From positions 1 to 64,000 of the IMG/VR virus record IMGVR_UViG_3300011008_000025: a DNA stretch of 64,000 nt. One strand, written 5' to 3'. Under the pieces are notes generated by a model, which was not told the origin of the DNA, ran no database searches, and saw only the letters and a program-made list of their open reading frames with translations. The stretch comes from a virus. Taxonomy: Duplodnaviria > Caudoviricetes. Of the stretch, positions 35,737-45,484 are shown piece by piece; positions within the stretch are counted from its first letter, which is position 1, and every line of letters begins with the position of its first letter. The position numbers and the translations under genes are program-made.

Positions 35737-35963
35737 CTCCCAGCCAACGCGTCGTAATACGCCTTGCGGTCTTTTCGTTTTTGTTTCATAACTTCACGCT
35801 GCTTCCAGTACGGATGATCGTTTTTCCGCAGATGGAAGCACTGTTTCTGCAGACATTCATGGAGACGCATCTCCGGGACCGTCAAATTCCTTTTGTGATG
35901 GGCACAGTAGGCGCAGGGATTTTTCGGCTTTCCTCCGTACAGACTCTTTTTCATACGGCCCAC
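35733..35963 (-). CDS. small Cys/His-rich basic protein
   Basis: AYCAHH...ECLQKQC. Confidence 0.6.
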   Translation of the reverse strand: MGRMKKSLYGGKPKNPCAYCAHHKRNLTVPEMRLHECLQKQCFHLRKNDHPYWKQREVMKQKRKDRKAYYDALAGR

Positions 35964-36748
35964 GCTCCCGAACTGCGGTAGAAATCCATTCCGTTCTTCC
36001 GACCCAGACCGAGACTTAAGGTTTTGTAAGCGTTCTGGATCTCATCTTCCGTGATACCGATGTAATGCATGGTCATCTGCGGCGTGGAGTGGTTCAGGAT
36101 CGTCTGCACGATCTCAAGCGCCCGGTTTCGATCCGGCACACTCATCAGCGTCTGATACGCAAACGTCTTCCGCATCATGTGGGTGCTGGCGTGAACGTCC
36201 AATTTCAGCTCTGCTTCCACGATCTGTTTCAGAATGCGCTCAGCGTTGCGACGTGACAGGCATTTGGATTCGTCCCAGAGACCGACGTTGTTGCTCTGAC
36301 TGGTAAACAGGTAATCATCCAGATCGATGCGGCGGCCGGACATGTAAATTTTCAGCGCGTCGAACACGTCGTCGTTCACATACACATGCCGGCGTTTCAG
36401 TCTGGCGTTTGTGTTTTCCGTTTTCTCCTCGATCAGCTCGATCATATCACGCACTCGCCCGTTCGGCTCCAGGATGTGTCCGTACTGCAGCCGCAGCAGG
36501 TCTCCTGCCCGCAGGCCGAAATTGATTCCCATGACGAACATCAGGTAATCCCGCAGACGAATTTCCTCTTTGCGGTAGTCCCGCCGGTTCAGGATATAAT
36601 CTTCGACCAGCATGATATCTTCAATGCGCTTGATCGGTGTCGCAGCATGACTTCTTGCGATTTCGTTTCTTCCGTGGAACGCACTCTGTACAACTTCATA
36701 ATCCGTGTTTCTCGGCTTCGTCGGATCAAACAGGATCAGCTCTCCCAT
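35951..36748 (-). CDS. tyrosine recombinase (catalytic domain only, XerC-like)
   Basis: GLRAGDL, EEKT, HMMRKTF, LNHS and HYIG intact. Confidence 0.9.
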   Translation of the reverse strand: MGELILFDPTKPRNTDYEVVQSAFHGRNEIARSHAATPIKRIEDIMLVEDYILNRRDYRKEEIRLRDYLMFVMGINFGLRAGDLLRLQYGHILEPNGRVRDMIELIEEKTENTNARLKRRHVYVNDDVFDALKIYMSGRRIDLDDYLFTSQSNNVGLWDESKCLSRRNAERILKQIVEAELKLDVHASTHMMRKTFAYQTLMSVPDRNRALEIVQTILNHSTPQMTMHYIGITEDEIQNAYKTLSLGLGRKNGMDFYRSSGAWAV

Positions 36749-36811
36749 ATACACTCCTTTCCAGTTGGGAGGGCGAAGCGAATTGCTTTTCAGCAGCCCG
36801 CTTCGCACTCG

Positions 36812-36934
36812 ATTATACTGATTTTTTGGAATTTGTCAATGCATTTGCAAAAGTTTAATGCTTCACAATTACGCATTTGCGTAATATCTATTTTTCTATA
36901 CACTCATCATACGTTACCAATTACTGTCTGTCAA
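36812..36934 (-). promoter_or_regulatory. tandem sigma-A promoters upstream of the recombinase
   Basis: TTGACA-17-TATGAT (about 36906-36934) and TTGACA-16-TATAAT (about 36812-36839). Confidence 0.65.
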
Positions 36935-36953
36935 GCAGGTAGATGTTGGTAAT

Positions 36954-37682
36954 TTAAATATGACAGTCCACCACCGTGAGGATCCAGTCCGGATCGGCCG
37001 TATCAATGAAGGTTTCCTGGTAATGCTCGTCCCAATACAGGCCGTCCTCAGGCTCCTCGCTGGAACAGCCGAACCATCCCATCTGTCCGGGTTCATGCCA
37101 AACGCCATCCGGCGTCAGCACAGCGTAAGTGTTGAACACCGAATTCAATCTGGCATACGTTTCCCGGTCGCGGTAGCGCTGCCTCATGTAATCCTCTCTG
37201 AAGAAGCAGAGGGGCTTTTCCTCTCCTTCCTCTACCTTGCCGTCAACGGCTTTGTCCCACCAGATCGCGGCCTCTTCATACTCTGTCATATCGGGCGAGA
37301 AATCCAGGTCACGGACGGCGGCGCTGTCTGTTATTCCTCCGGATTTCAGTCGAAGGCTGCCGCTCCATCTGCCTCCCTCCTGATACCAGTCCCACTTGGA
37401 ATTCGGATTGTAGGTGGAATACAGGTTTCCATCCTCGTCTTTCATGTCTGACGCATAATCAGAAGCGATGTAGGCATAGCACTGTGCGTCGGTCGCCTCT
37501 GCAACGGGAATTTTCTTGGGGCCGTCCATCACAAAAGACCAATGCTGCCGCACATGGTCGATGGCCTCCTGCTTCGTATAGGAGAGATACGGGTCGACCT
37601 CCAGATTCTCGTCAAACGGGGCGAGCAGATCGTCGATGTCCTGATCGGGACGGTGAAAAACAGCTACGGCATAATGGCTCAT
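36954..37682 (-). CDS. conserved phage protein (YNPNSKWDWY..GGRW family)
   Basis: MSHY.V.V, NPNSKWDW, TPDG.W and VDCHI motifs. Confidence 0.8.
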   Translation of the reverse strand: MSHYAVAVFHRPDQDIDDLLAPFDENLEVDPYLSYTKQEAIDHVRQHWSFVMDGPKKIPVAEATDAQCYAYIASDYASDMKDEDGNLYSTYNPNSKWDWYQEGGRWSGSLRLKSGGITDSAAVRDLDFSPDMTEYEEAAIWWDKAVDGKVEEGEEKPLCFFREDYMRQRYRDRETYARLNSVFNTYAVLTPDGVWHEPGQMGWFGCSSEEPEDGLYWDEHYQETFIDTADPDWILTVVDCHI

Positions 37683-37734
37683 TCGATTTCCTCCTTAAAT
37701 TTACATCGTGTGTTGTCCAAAATTCTTCTCTCTA

Positions 37735-38411
37735 TTAATGCTTATGAAAGGCAAGAGTCTCGCCGTTGTGAATTGTCCAGCATCCGGTGCCGCGACAGGC
37801 GCACTCGAAACAATTGCCGCCGCAGATCGTCCAGTTTTCCTTCGGCGGATTTTCTTCTGTGAAGATGTTGGTTTCCGGGAATTTATACGGGTTAACGGGT
37901 TTCAGATTCGTCCAGCCGGAAAACAGGATATGTAAATTCGTCGGCAGCTCCTGGTATTCGTTTACGATCTCAAATCGTTTGGTGAAGGCCAAAATTCGCA
38001 GTGCGGATTTTCATTTGCCGTCCAAAGCATTCCCTCAAAATACTGGTTGTTGATAATATCTCCGGAGACGTGAAAGCGGAAGAAGCGCTGTGCTCTGCAG
38101 AAATCGCGGATTTCTTCGAAATAACGATCCATGTCACGGACGGCCAACACTGTATTGTTGGCGTAAGAGTTCAGGACGCTCGGCCGCAGATTGGCAAGCT
38201 TGGCGGCGTAACAGGCGGGGCCACAAGTATCTCTGCACCTGGCTGGGCAGGTCAGAAACGGAAGCAGGGACGCGCTTGGAACAGCTCCCATTTTGGAATT
38301 CCCTCCCGAGAATTTCACATGCAGCTCTTCGCCGTCTATAAACTTTTCTTCATATGCTGCGTAGGCGTCGTTGAATTTTGCGATCACATTACGGTTGTAA
38401 TATCCGCTCAT
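37735..38411 (-). pseudogene. Gp88-like Fe-S protein split by a 1-nt frameshift near 37993
   Basis: GNSKMG, TCP..C...CYA and FRFHVSGD in frame 1; LAFTK and CGGNCFEC...CW...FHKH in frame 2. Confidence 0.7.
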
Positions 38412-38505
38412 CCACATTCCTCCTTTGTGACAGGAGGCGTGGACCAATATTCAATTCACGCCTCCGCGCATTTGTCAATACCCTAATTCTGGTTTATGCA
38501 GAAAA

Positions 38506-38805
38506 TCAAACAGTCATTTCGTCTTCAAACATATCTGCCTCGGACAGGTCGGGCAGACGCACATGGTACATCAGTTCTTTGCTGTGGCCGAAGTGATATT
38601 CCAGCCTGCGTTCTGTGAAGAGATCGAATGGCTCGTCCAGCCAGCCAAGCGATTTGATTTTCAGATACTGATCGACGATCAATATGCAGACAGTGGCCAC
38701 TTTTTCTTCGCCCTGTTCGCCAAACGGGAGTTCGATCCAGCAGTTCTTGTCCATGTAGGCCGCTTTCATGCCGATGATCACCAGCAGATGGTCGCGCAGA
38801 TTCAT
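38506..38805 (-). CDS. hypothetical protein
   Basis: GGAGG RBS. Confidence 0.55.
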   Translation of the reverse strand: MNLRDHLLVIIGMKAAYMDKNCWIELPFGEQGEEKVATVCILIVDQYLKIKSLGWLDEPFDLFTERRLEYHFGHSKELMYHVRLPDLSEADMFEDEMTV

Positions 38806-38806
38806 A

Positions 38807-39040
38807 TCACTGATCCCTCCCGAATTTTTTGAGCAGCGCGTTTTCGATCCAGCTGTACCATGTGGTTCCATTGGAATTCTCCATGGTAACTCCGCAGCTT
38901 TCACGCCATTTGGCATATTCCTTTTCGATCACGCCGAGCAAGGTTTCGTCATCAAAAATGTTGATTCGCTCTGCGTGTTCCATGCAGCCTGAGATGTTGG
39001 CTGCGCTTACGATATCTACAAGTTCATCGTGTGTGTACAT
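38807..39040 (-). CDS. hypothetical protein
   Basis: GGAGG RBS. Confidence 0.6.
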   Translation of the reverse strand: MYTHDELVDIVSAANISGCMEHAERINIFDDETLLGVIEKEYAKWRESCGVTMENSNGTTWYSWIENALLKKFGRDQ

Positions 39041-39052
39041 GTCCGTCCTCCT

Positions 39053-39463
39053 TTAATCGTACCAGCAATAGGCTCCGCAATCGCCGGCGTCGCACTCGTC
39101 TGCCCAGCGGAACATACGGTAGAAATCGGCTACTTCCTTATCGGTCAGCGGTGCGTCGGAACCGACGCCCTCAAAGCTGACGCGGGTATCGAGCCTGGTC
39201 GGACTGACCACATAGCCGTGCAGATACCATTTCCCTGTTTCGTCATCACAGAAATCGATCATAGACTGGTTCGTCGGCGAAAGATTCTGCGTGTCGTCCG
39301 GATCGATATATCCGCGCTCCAGAAGTTCTTTTGCTTTTTCTACCGGCATATGCTCGAAATACCGAATTCCTCCCATACCGTAAAACTCCGGCCTGTAGTC
39401 GTAGCCAAAAATGATCCGCTCTCGCTCATTGGCCTGTGCAAGATCTAATTTCGTTATAAACAT
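39053..39463 (-). CDS. conserved phage protein ending WYD
   Basis: QNLSPT, HGYVVSP.R.D.R...EG and ADE...WYD. Confidence 0.7.
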   Translation of the reverse strand: MFITKLDLAQANERERIIFGYDYRPEFYGMGGIRYFEHMPVEKAKELLERGYIDPDDTQNLSPTNQSMIDFCDDETGKWYLHGYVVSPTRLDTRVSFEGVGSDAPLTDKEVADFYRMFRWADECDAGDCGAYCWYD

Positions 39464-39502
39464 TTTGATTCCTCCTTTTACTCTGCTACTTTCTTCGTTT
39501 TA

Positions 39503-39952
39503 TCAAACAAGGTCAACATACTTCAGTTCCTCTGGAGAGATATCTGCACCAAGAGATTCAAGGCGGTCGTACAGAACGGACCGGTCGGTACAGTAATCCT
39601 CCTCCAACACACGGGCCAGACGGTAGGCCAGCGTGTCGGCCGTGATGAAGTCGCCCACATCGAAACTGAATTCCCTCTGGATGTAGACCAGAAGCTGCGT
39701 GATATCAATGCCAGATTTAGCGATTTCGGCCGCCCGGCGGACAATTCGTTTCTGGTAATCGTTTGTCATCACTGCATTGGAATCGTCCTGCTGATCGATT
39801 TTCTTGCAGGTGGACTCAACGATTTCCGGCGTAAAGTTTCGCATGCCGGTATCGATCAGGTGGTAAACCGCCATACGGAACTGAACTTCGCCGCCATACT
39901 TATGGCTGTTTCGTATGGAGTCCAGAATCTTTTTCGCTTCGCTATACTTCAT
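39503..39952 (-). CDS. hypothetical protein
   Basis: GGAGG RBS. Confidence 0.6.
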   Translation of the reverse strand: MKYSEAKKILDSIRNSHKYGGEVQFRMAVYHLIDTGMRNFTPEIVESTCKKIDQQDDSNAVMTNDYQKRIVRRAAEIAKSGIDITQLLVYIQREFSFDVGDFITADTLAYRLARVLEEDYCTDRSVLYDRLESLGADISPEELKYVDLV

Positions 39953-40149
39953 GAGTGTTTTACCTCCTCCAACCAATTCACGGTCTCTTCATCTAAAATT
40001 TCTGTTACATCGATTTCGTTCTGACTCAGGCACATACCGACAGCTTCTTGCCCGGCGTCACTCCAGAAGTATTCCAGAGCCGCATCTTCCGATTCCGCTT
40101 CAACGGAAATTCCTCCTGTCACCTGAAAACAAATCGTATATGTCTGCAT
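39949..40149 (-). CDS. hypothetical protein (VEAESE.AA family)
   Basis: AAGGAGG RBS. Confidence 0.6.
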   Translation of the reverse strand: MQTYTICFQVTGGISVEAESEDAALEYFWSDAGQEAVGMCLSQNEIDVTEILDEETVNWLEEVKHS

Positions 40150-40159
40150 CGCTTCCTCC

Positions 40160-40432
40160 TTACTGAACGTCCATTTCGAGGACTTCCCAACAATAAATGG
40201 TTGCTCCATACGGGTCCATGATTCCGGCAGCGAGATAGACGTAGTCGTCCGTCTCTTCGCTGTACTCTTCATCCCATTTCCAATCCATACCGGCGTAGAG
40301 TTTTTTGATCGGATTCACGTCCGCCTTCATGGCGGCGCGGGCGGAGTCTCTGTCCGCCCACGCTCCAAGAACCTCGCGGCCGTCGTCCTGATCGGTGTCC
40401 CACCAAGTCAGCACAACGTACACTTTCATCAT
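40160..40432 (-). CDS. hypothetical protein
   Basis: GGAGG RBS; MKVYVV N-terminus. Confidence 0.6.
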   Translation of the reverse strand: MMKVYVVLTWWDTDQDDGREVLGAWADRDSARAAMKADVNPIKKLYAGMDWKWDEEYSEETDDYVYLAAGIMDPYGATIYCWEVLEMDVQ

Positions 40433-41385
40433 TAATCCTCCACAAATTTTCCGACTTTGGCCACCAGCTGATCCAGAAGCGCATGGCCATCCATGATTCG
40501 TCCCCAGTTGTTTTCGGCATAGGTGCCGGTGTTGCGGGCCGGAGCTGCGTGAGAGACCATATCGCTCATGGCGTTGACTGCACCCCATGCCGTACCACGG
40601 AACTTGGCAATGTCGGGCGCAAAGTAGCACACCATGAAACTGTCCTTGGCTGCCTGTGCGTTTGCCTTCTTGCGATCGGTTTCATCCTCGGGGACGGCAA
40701 ACATTTCGTCAATGATCTCCCGCAGCTTCGTCTCTTCCAGTTTCGTATTAGCGAGCTTGTCGGCGTACTCGGCCAGAGAATCCATATAATCCTCCGCCAG
40801 TTCGAGGCACTGCCGCGCCTCGCGGATCTTGCCCTGAACGTCGCCCACATGCGGCGTACTCCACGCACGCTTAGCCGAGTTCAGAGCCAGGTTCAGCGTG
40901 TTGTTGCACACCACGCGGATCGGTGTCATACAGACGCGGACGCTGCCGCTGCCGTCATGCGTATTCGAGAAGCAAACGTAGGATTCCACGTCGTCTCCGA
41001 CCAGTTTCGTATCCGGAAGCCGGGCCAGCAGCCAGACTTTCTTGCCGTTCTGGAGGCTGCCGGCGGTTTCGTATCGGACATCGCCGCCGATCAGCTCGTC
41101 AGTGAACGCAAACGCCTCGGTGTTCTGAACGATGCGGTAGCGGTCGGATACCACGCCGAGCACACGGTTGTCCGAAGAGCGAACGTTGGCCTTATAGCCT
41201 GGAATCCGATCGCCATTTTCGTCCTTGAGCTGGATGTCTTTCTGGATCACGTTCCAATCCAGGCCGGCCAGACGCAGAGCCTCGGCGCTGTTCGGCGCGT
41301 CCTGCAGGATCTTTGTCACATCTTTCGTCATGGAATAGTGCCAGGGTTTCTCGCGGACACTGAACATACTTTCAACATAATGCAT
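40432..41385 (-). CDS. DUF932-family phage/plasmid protein
   Basis: REKPWH, AGLDW, YRIVQN, ETAGSL, NTHDGS and TPIRVVCNNTL. Confidence 0.9.
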   Translation of the reverse strand: MHYVESMFSVREKPWHYSMTKDVTKILQDAPNSAEALRLAGLDWNVIQKDIQLKDENGDRIPGYKANVRSSDNRVLGVVSDRYRIVQNTEAFAFTDELIGGDVRYETAGSLQNGKKVWLLARLPDTKLVGDDVESYVCFSNTHDGSGSVRVCMTPIRVVCNNTLNLALNSAKRAWSTPHVGDVQGKIREARQCLELAEDYMDSLAEYADKLANTKLEETKLREIIDEMFAVPEDETDRKKANAQAAKDSFMVCYFAPDIAKFRGTAWGAVNAMSDMVSHAAPARNTGTYAENNWGRIMDGHALLDQLVAKVGKFVED

Positions 41386-41388
41386 AAA

Positions 41389-44300
41389 TCAAATTCCTCC
41401 TTGCCCAAAATTGACTTCCCAAACCTCTTCTACCGTAAATGACCATCCGTATTCATGGCCAGAATCGTAATCTGTGCCATGAAATGTGATCGGATACTCT
41501 AATTTGATTTTTCTTCCTGTTGCCGTGAGGACTTCAAGCCTGCACGTTCGTTCGATCGTATCGCGGCCGCACCAATTTGTGGCGCCCTCATAATAAAAAT
41601 CCTTCTGATCGATTTCGCTGTTGTGTTCGATCAACTGTTCAAACGGCGCAAGAGAAGACAGCATACAGCAATACTCTCCCGCTACGCCAAGATATGTGTA
41701 ACGCCTCATTCTTCTCACCCGATCTGGTACATGATCTGATGCAGATAATAAAAACTCTTGTCAACCGCCACGAGAACGCCATTATGTATCAGACGGTAAA
41801 TGGCGTCTTTCCCTTTTCCAACCCGGTAAATGGCGGCATTCTTAAAACTGGCGACTTTCTTTTCAGGCATATGCATTCCTCCTATCTCCACGGGATCGCG
41901 GCGTAACACTTATCGATGTTCGCAGCGGTCAAAAGTTTGTCGGCGCCATCGGCACCTAACTTCCAAAGGGTAAATTTGTCCTTGGCTATGTTGTACGTCA
42001 CCTGGTAATTAGTGCCGCCCACGGTACGGCAGAGAACACCAGGTGCGTTCAACTCCGATTGCGGGATCTTCATGTCGGCAAATACATTGCACCGAGCTCG
42101 TTCGGATTGGGCGGCAGGACAAAAAATCTCAGGAAATTGATGCCGCCCAACTTACGCGATTCGTTTGCGCCCATGGAACGGAGCTCGTCCAGATACGCGT
42201 TGACCGTTGCATGGTCCATTTCAACATCGCCAAATGCAATGTCGAGCGCCAACCACTCGTCCATCGCCGGTATAAAACCCTCCTTGGTCATAACAACGTA
42301 CTGCAGATCCATTTTTACTCCTCCTTTTCCTTGTCGAAATCGAACAGTTTACTGACCACGTCTGCAAATTTCTTTTCCAATTCCTCGCGGGTGTAAATAC
42401 CATAAATGTCGCAGTCTTCATATCCGGTGACTACTGCCACGCGTTTTCCGATCATGTCGGAGCTAAGCACGGATTCCCAACCGCAGCACTCCTTGCCGTA
42501 CATATTGGCGGCCACGACCGTATTCATGTCCTTCACATCGATTACGCGGACACAATCTTCAAACGAGAACGGAATATTGTGCTCGTTAAAAACCGTACTG
42601 AGCTTCTGCCACTGGGTTTTGATCACACTTCTGGCCGTCTGTTCATACGCCTTGCACTGCTCTTCGCTGTTGAACCAAGTTCCGTCGTCGGCTTCGTATC
42701 CAACTACAACTTCCTGCGTCTTCGTAATTGCTTTCATAATTCAAATTCCTCCTTAGTTCATCCAGTATTTCATAAACTCATCGTGGGTATAGTACAGATC
42801 CGGATCGCTGACGTCGAGGAACGGGCGAAAGATGATTTCGATATAATCCTCAACAAAATCTGCTTCCTTGCTGCCGGTCGGATATTTCTGTTCGATTGCC
42901 GCTTTGACCTGCTCAGGATATTCGCACGGCACAAACGTGTGATCAAAGAAATCCAAAACGTAAAACATGACTCCCTCCTTCATGTTTATACTCTCAGCTT
43001 CCTGCTCGGCGTTTTCGTCGTGCCATCCACATCGGACACCCAACAGATCACGCCGCCACACATGTCGTCCGTCAGATGGAGCAGGCCACAGATCTGTTCC
43101 TCTCGCTGGTTGCCGGTGTAGATGATTTCATAGGCATTGTTATTTACAATTCCATTTGCGTGTTCGTTTTTGCCGAATTTGATATTGGGAATTCGTGCTG
43201 CGATCGCGTCTCGCACCTTGCCGACATCGACGCGATCCATACCCCAGGAGTATGCGCTGAGCGGCTTCGGGTCGAGCGACCAGATCAGTTTGTTGATCTG
43301 ATCCGAAATAACGCCGTACATTCTGTCGTCTACAACTCGTCTCATAAAAATCCTCCTATTCAATTTCTGCGCGGGTTTCACAGAGCTTTTTCATGTCTTG
43401 AAGTCCACTGATAATCGAGTCTATCCAATAAGGCGAGAAACAGTGTGTAAACTGCCCGTATTGTCTCGGGAACTGGATCGTACCATCGTCTTCAAACCCA
43501 ACCGCTACGAGTGGATGGTCGGCAGTTCCGATTTTCATGTATGCCCAGATGCCGCCGTTATAAATAACGTTATACTCGTTTCTGAGCTGTGCCCGCGTTT
43601 TGTAATCCCATGTTTGGTCGTAAGCCGAGAACATAACAGGACCGTCCGAGTATTTTTCTTCTGGATCAAGGCCGTCAATATAGTCCAACATACGCATTCC
43701 TCCTATCAAATCTAAATTTCTTCTTTGATTTTGCCTTTATAATTCGCTTTACGCCATTCGTATAGGCGTTGCAATTCATCGAGCGGCAGGTCACAGATGA
43801 GTGGCCTTGTATTTGAGCCAACCAAACGATATTTGACATCTTCACGCAGAGGGAAACGCTTCGGGACTTGCTCATAAAAATGATTACCGTATTGATTTGC
43901 AAGAACATATTGGAGTTCAAAATACCAATGCGGATCACCGTCATACTCGATGATGGATGCTTTCCACCCATACCATCTGTGAAATTTTTGATCATTGTTT
44001 ATCATTTTGATTGCTCGTTTCTTGCGGTTTTTACCGTAGAATTCCGCAGCGTCATTGTGATCGCGAGGAATGACTGATATACGCGGCCGAAGGCAATACG
44101 AACAGCCGTGTTCATCATAACTGCAAGCCCATCGTTCCTCCCCTGTAAGCGTATTGGTATATAACACTGCGCATTTTTTCATTGTGTCCTCCAATCAAAC
44201 TAAATTTCGTTACAGGCCGCGCACTTCAAATGCCATTCCTTGGTATTCATAGAAGGCAAAGTATGGACGAATGTGGACGACCTGAATCTTTTTCATATCC

Positions 44301-44434
44301 ATACGCTTCCGGATTTCTGCTCCGGTATAGAAGGATGGCGCGTACCACGGGTAGGAATCTCCTTCCTTCACCATTCTTACCACCTCATCGTCACGGATCT
44401 GACAGAGCTTAAAGGCTTCACTCAACGTGATCAA
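41389..44434 (-). CDS. run of about nine small co-oriented hypothetical early genes (41389-41718, 41715-41873, 41882-42073, 42070-42312, 42315-42737, 42753-42982, 42986-43345, 43356-43691, 43712-44182, 44210-44434; starts approximate)
   Basis: Tightly packed minus-strand ORFs, most with GGAGG RBS; no recognisable domains. Confidence 0.6.
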
Positions 44435-44446
44435 GTCGATTCCCCC

Positions 44447-45454
44447 TCACTTTTTCTTTTTCTTTTTTGGTTTCTCGTCCACCACAACCAGCGCCTCATT
44501 GCGCTTCTTGTCCGCCTCCTCATAGGCAGCGGCGATAGCGTCCCAATCCACGACCGCTTCATATGCAGCGAGTTCGGGATCGAACTTCGGTGTGTTGCCG
44601 TCCGGCAGGTAAATTCCGATTTCCTCGATCTGCTCGCAGGCATCCATGTCCGGGTCGTACCAGTAGACATTGCCGCAGGAATCCATACGAAACTCTGTCA
44701 GATCGTCGCACATTTCACCGGAACTGAAATCGAAAGCGTAGGAGCCGTCCGGCAGAAGATCGCACCACATGAGCAGCTTTTCATCCCGGCAGATCCCCTC
44801 GTCCTTGTCATAACCGTATCCCCAGCCGCCATCCATTTCATCCCAATAGGAATAGGACGGATAGTACATCCGCATTTTGTAAGTCGAATTCGAGTACATG
44901 ATGCCCTTGTCTTCGATGAAATCGCCAATGGTGTAGATCTCGCCCTTGCTGTTCAGAAAAGTCATTTTGCTCTTGATGGCATTGGAGATCATCTCGACCA
45001 GATTCGGATCGCGATAGAAGCTCGGCATGGATGCATAAAGCGGAGCAAGTTGCGTGGCAATATACTCCATCGTGTCGCTGATTCCTTTGCGCGGGGTCAC
45101 GGATGAAATGATTCCGTTGTGAGCCACGCCCAGCGCGGTTGCACACGTTTTCCTTTTGAGCATTTCAATGCTCCGCGTCACAGGAAACGGATGACAATTT
45201 TCCTCGCTGGTTCCGCCGTGGGTCGTAATGCGGAAGTGGAATACCATCGGCGTGTTCTTCAGATTCATTTTCCGTTTCAGAGAAGACAGCGCGGACGTGA
45301 AGTCGGTGTATTTCATGAACCCCTTTTCGATACGCACCTTGCCGTCTTTCACATACATGATGCCGGCACCATCCGAATTGTTTGTCCACATGTTGTAGAA
45401 GATATTCTCGTCTGGGAGTTCAACCCCTGCAGGTTTCGCCGCAATAATGCACAT
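44447..45454 (-). CDS. class II glutamine amidotransferase (Ntn hydrolase)
   Basis: Catalytic Cys2 (MCII), NSDGAG, HFRITTHG, HPF, AHNG and SDT. Confidence 0.9.
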   Translation of the reverse strand: MCIIAAKPAGVELPDENIFYNMWTNNSDGAGIMYVKDGKVRIEKGFMKYTDFTSALSSLKRKMNLKNTPMVFHFRITTHGGTSEENCHPFPVTRSIEMLKRKTCATALGVAHNGIISSVTPRKGISDTMEYIATQLAPLYASMPSFYRDPNLVEMISNAIKSKMTFLNSKGEIYTIGDFIEDKGIMYSNSTYKMRMYYPSYSYWDEMDGGWGYGYDKDEGICRDEKLLMWCDLLPDGSYAFDFSSGEMCDDLTEFRMDSCGNVYWYDPDMDACEQIEEIGIYLPDGNTPKFDPELAAYEAVVDWDAIAAAYEEADKKRNEALVVVDEKPKKKKKK

Positions 45455-45484
45455 AGGCACATTCCTCCTTTATTTGTTATGTAA

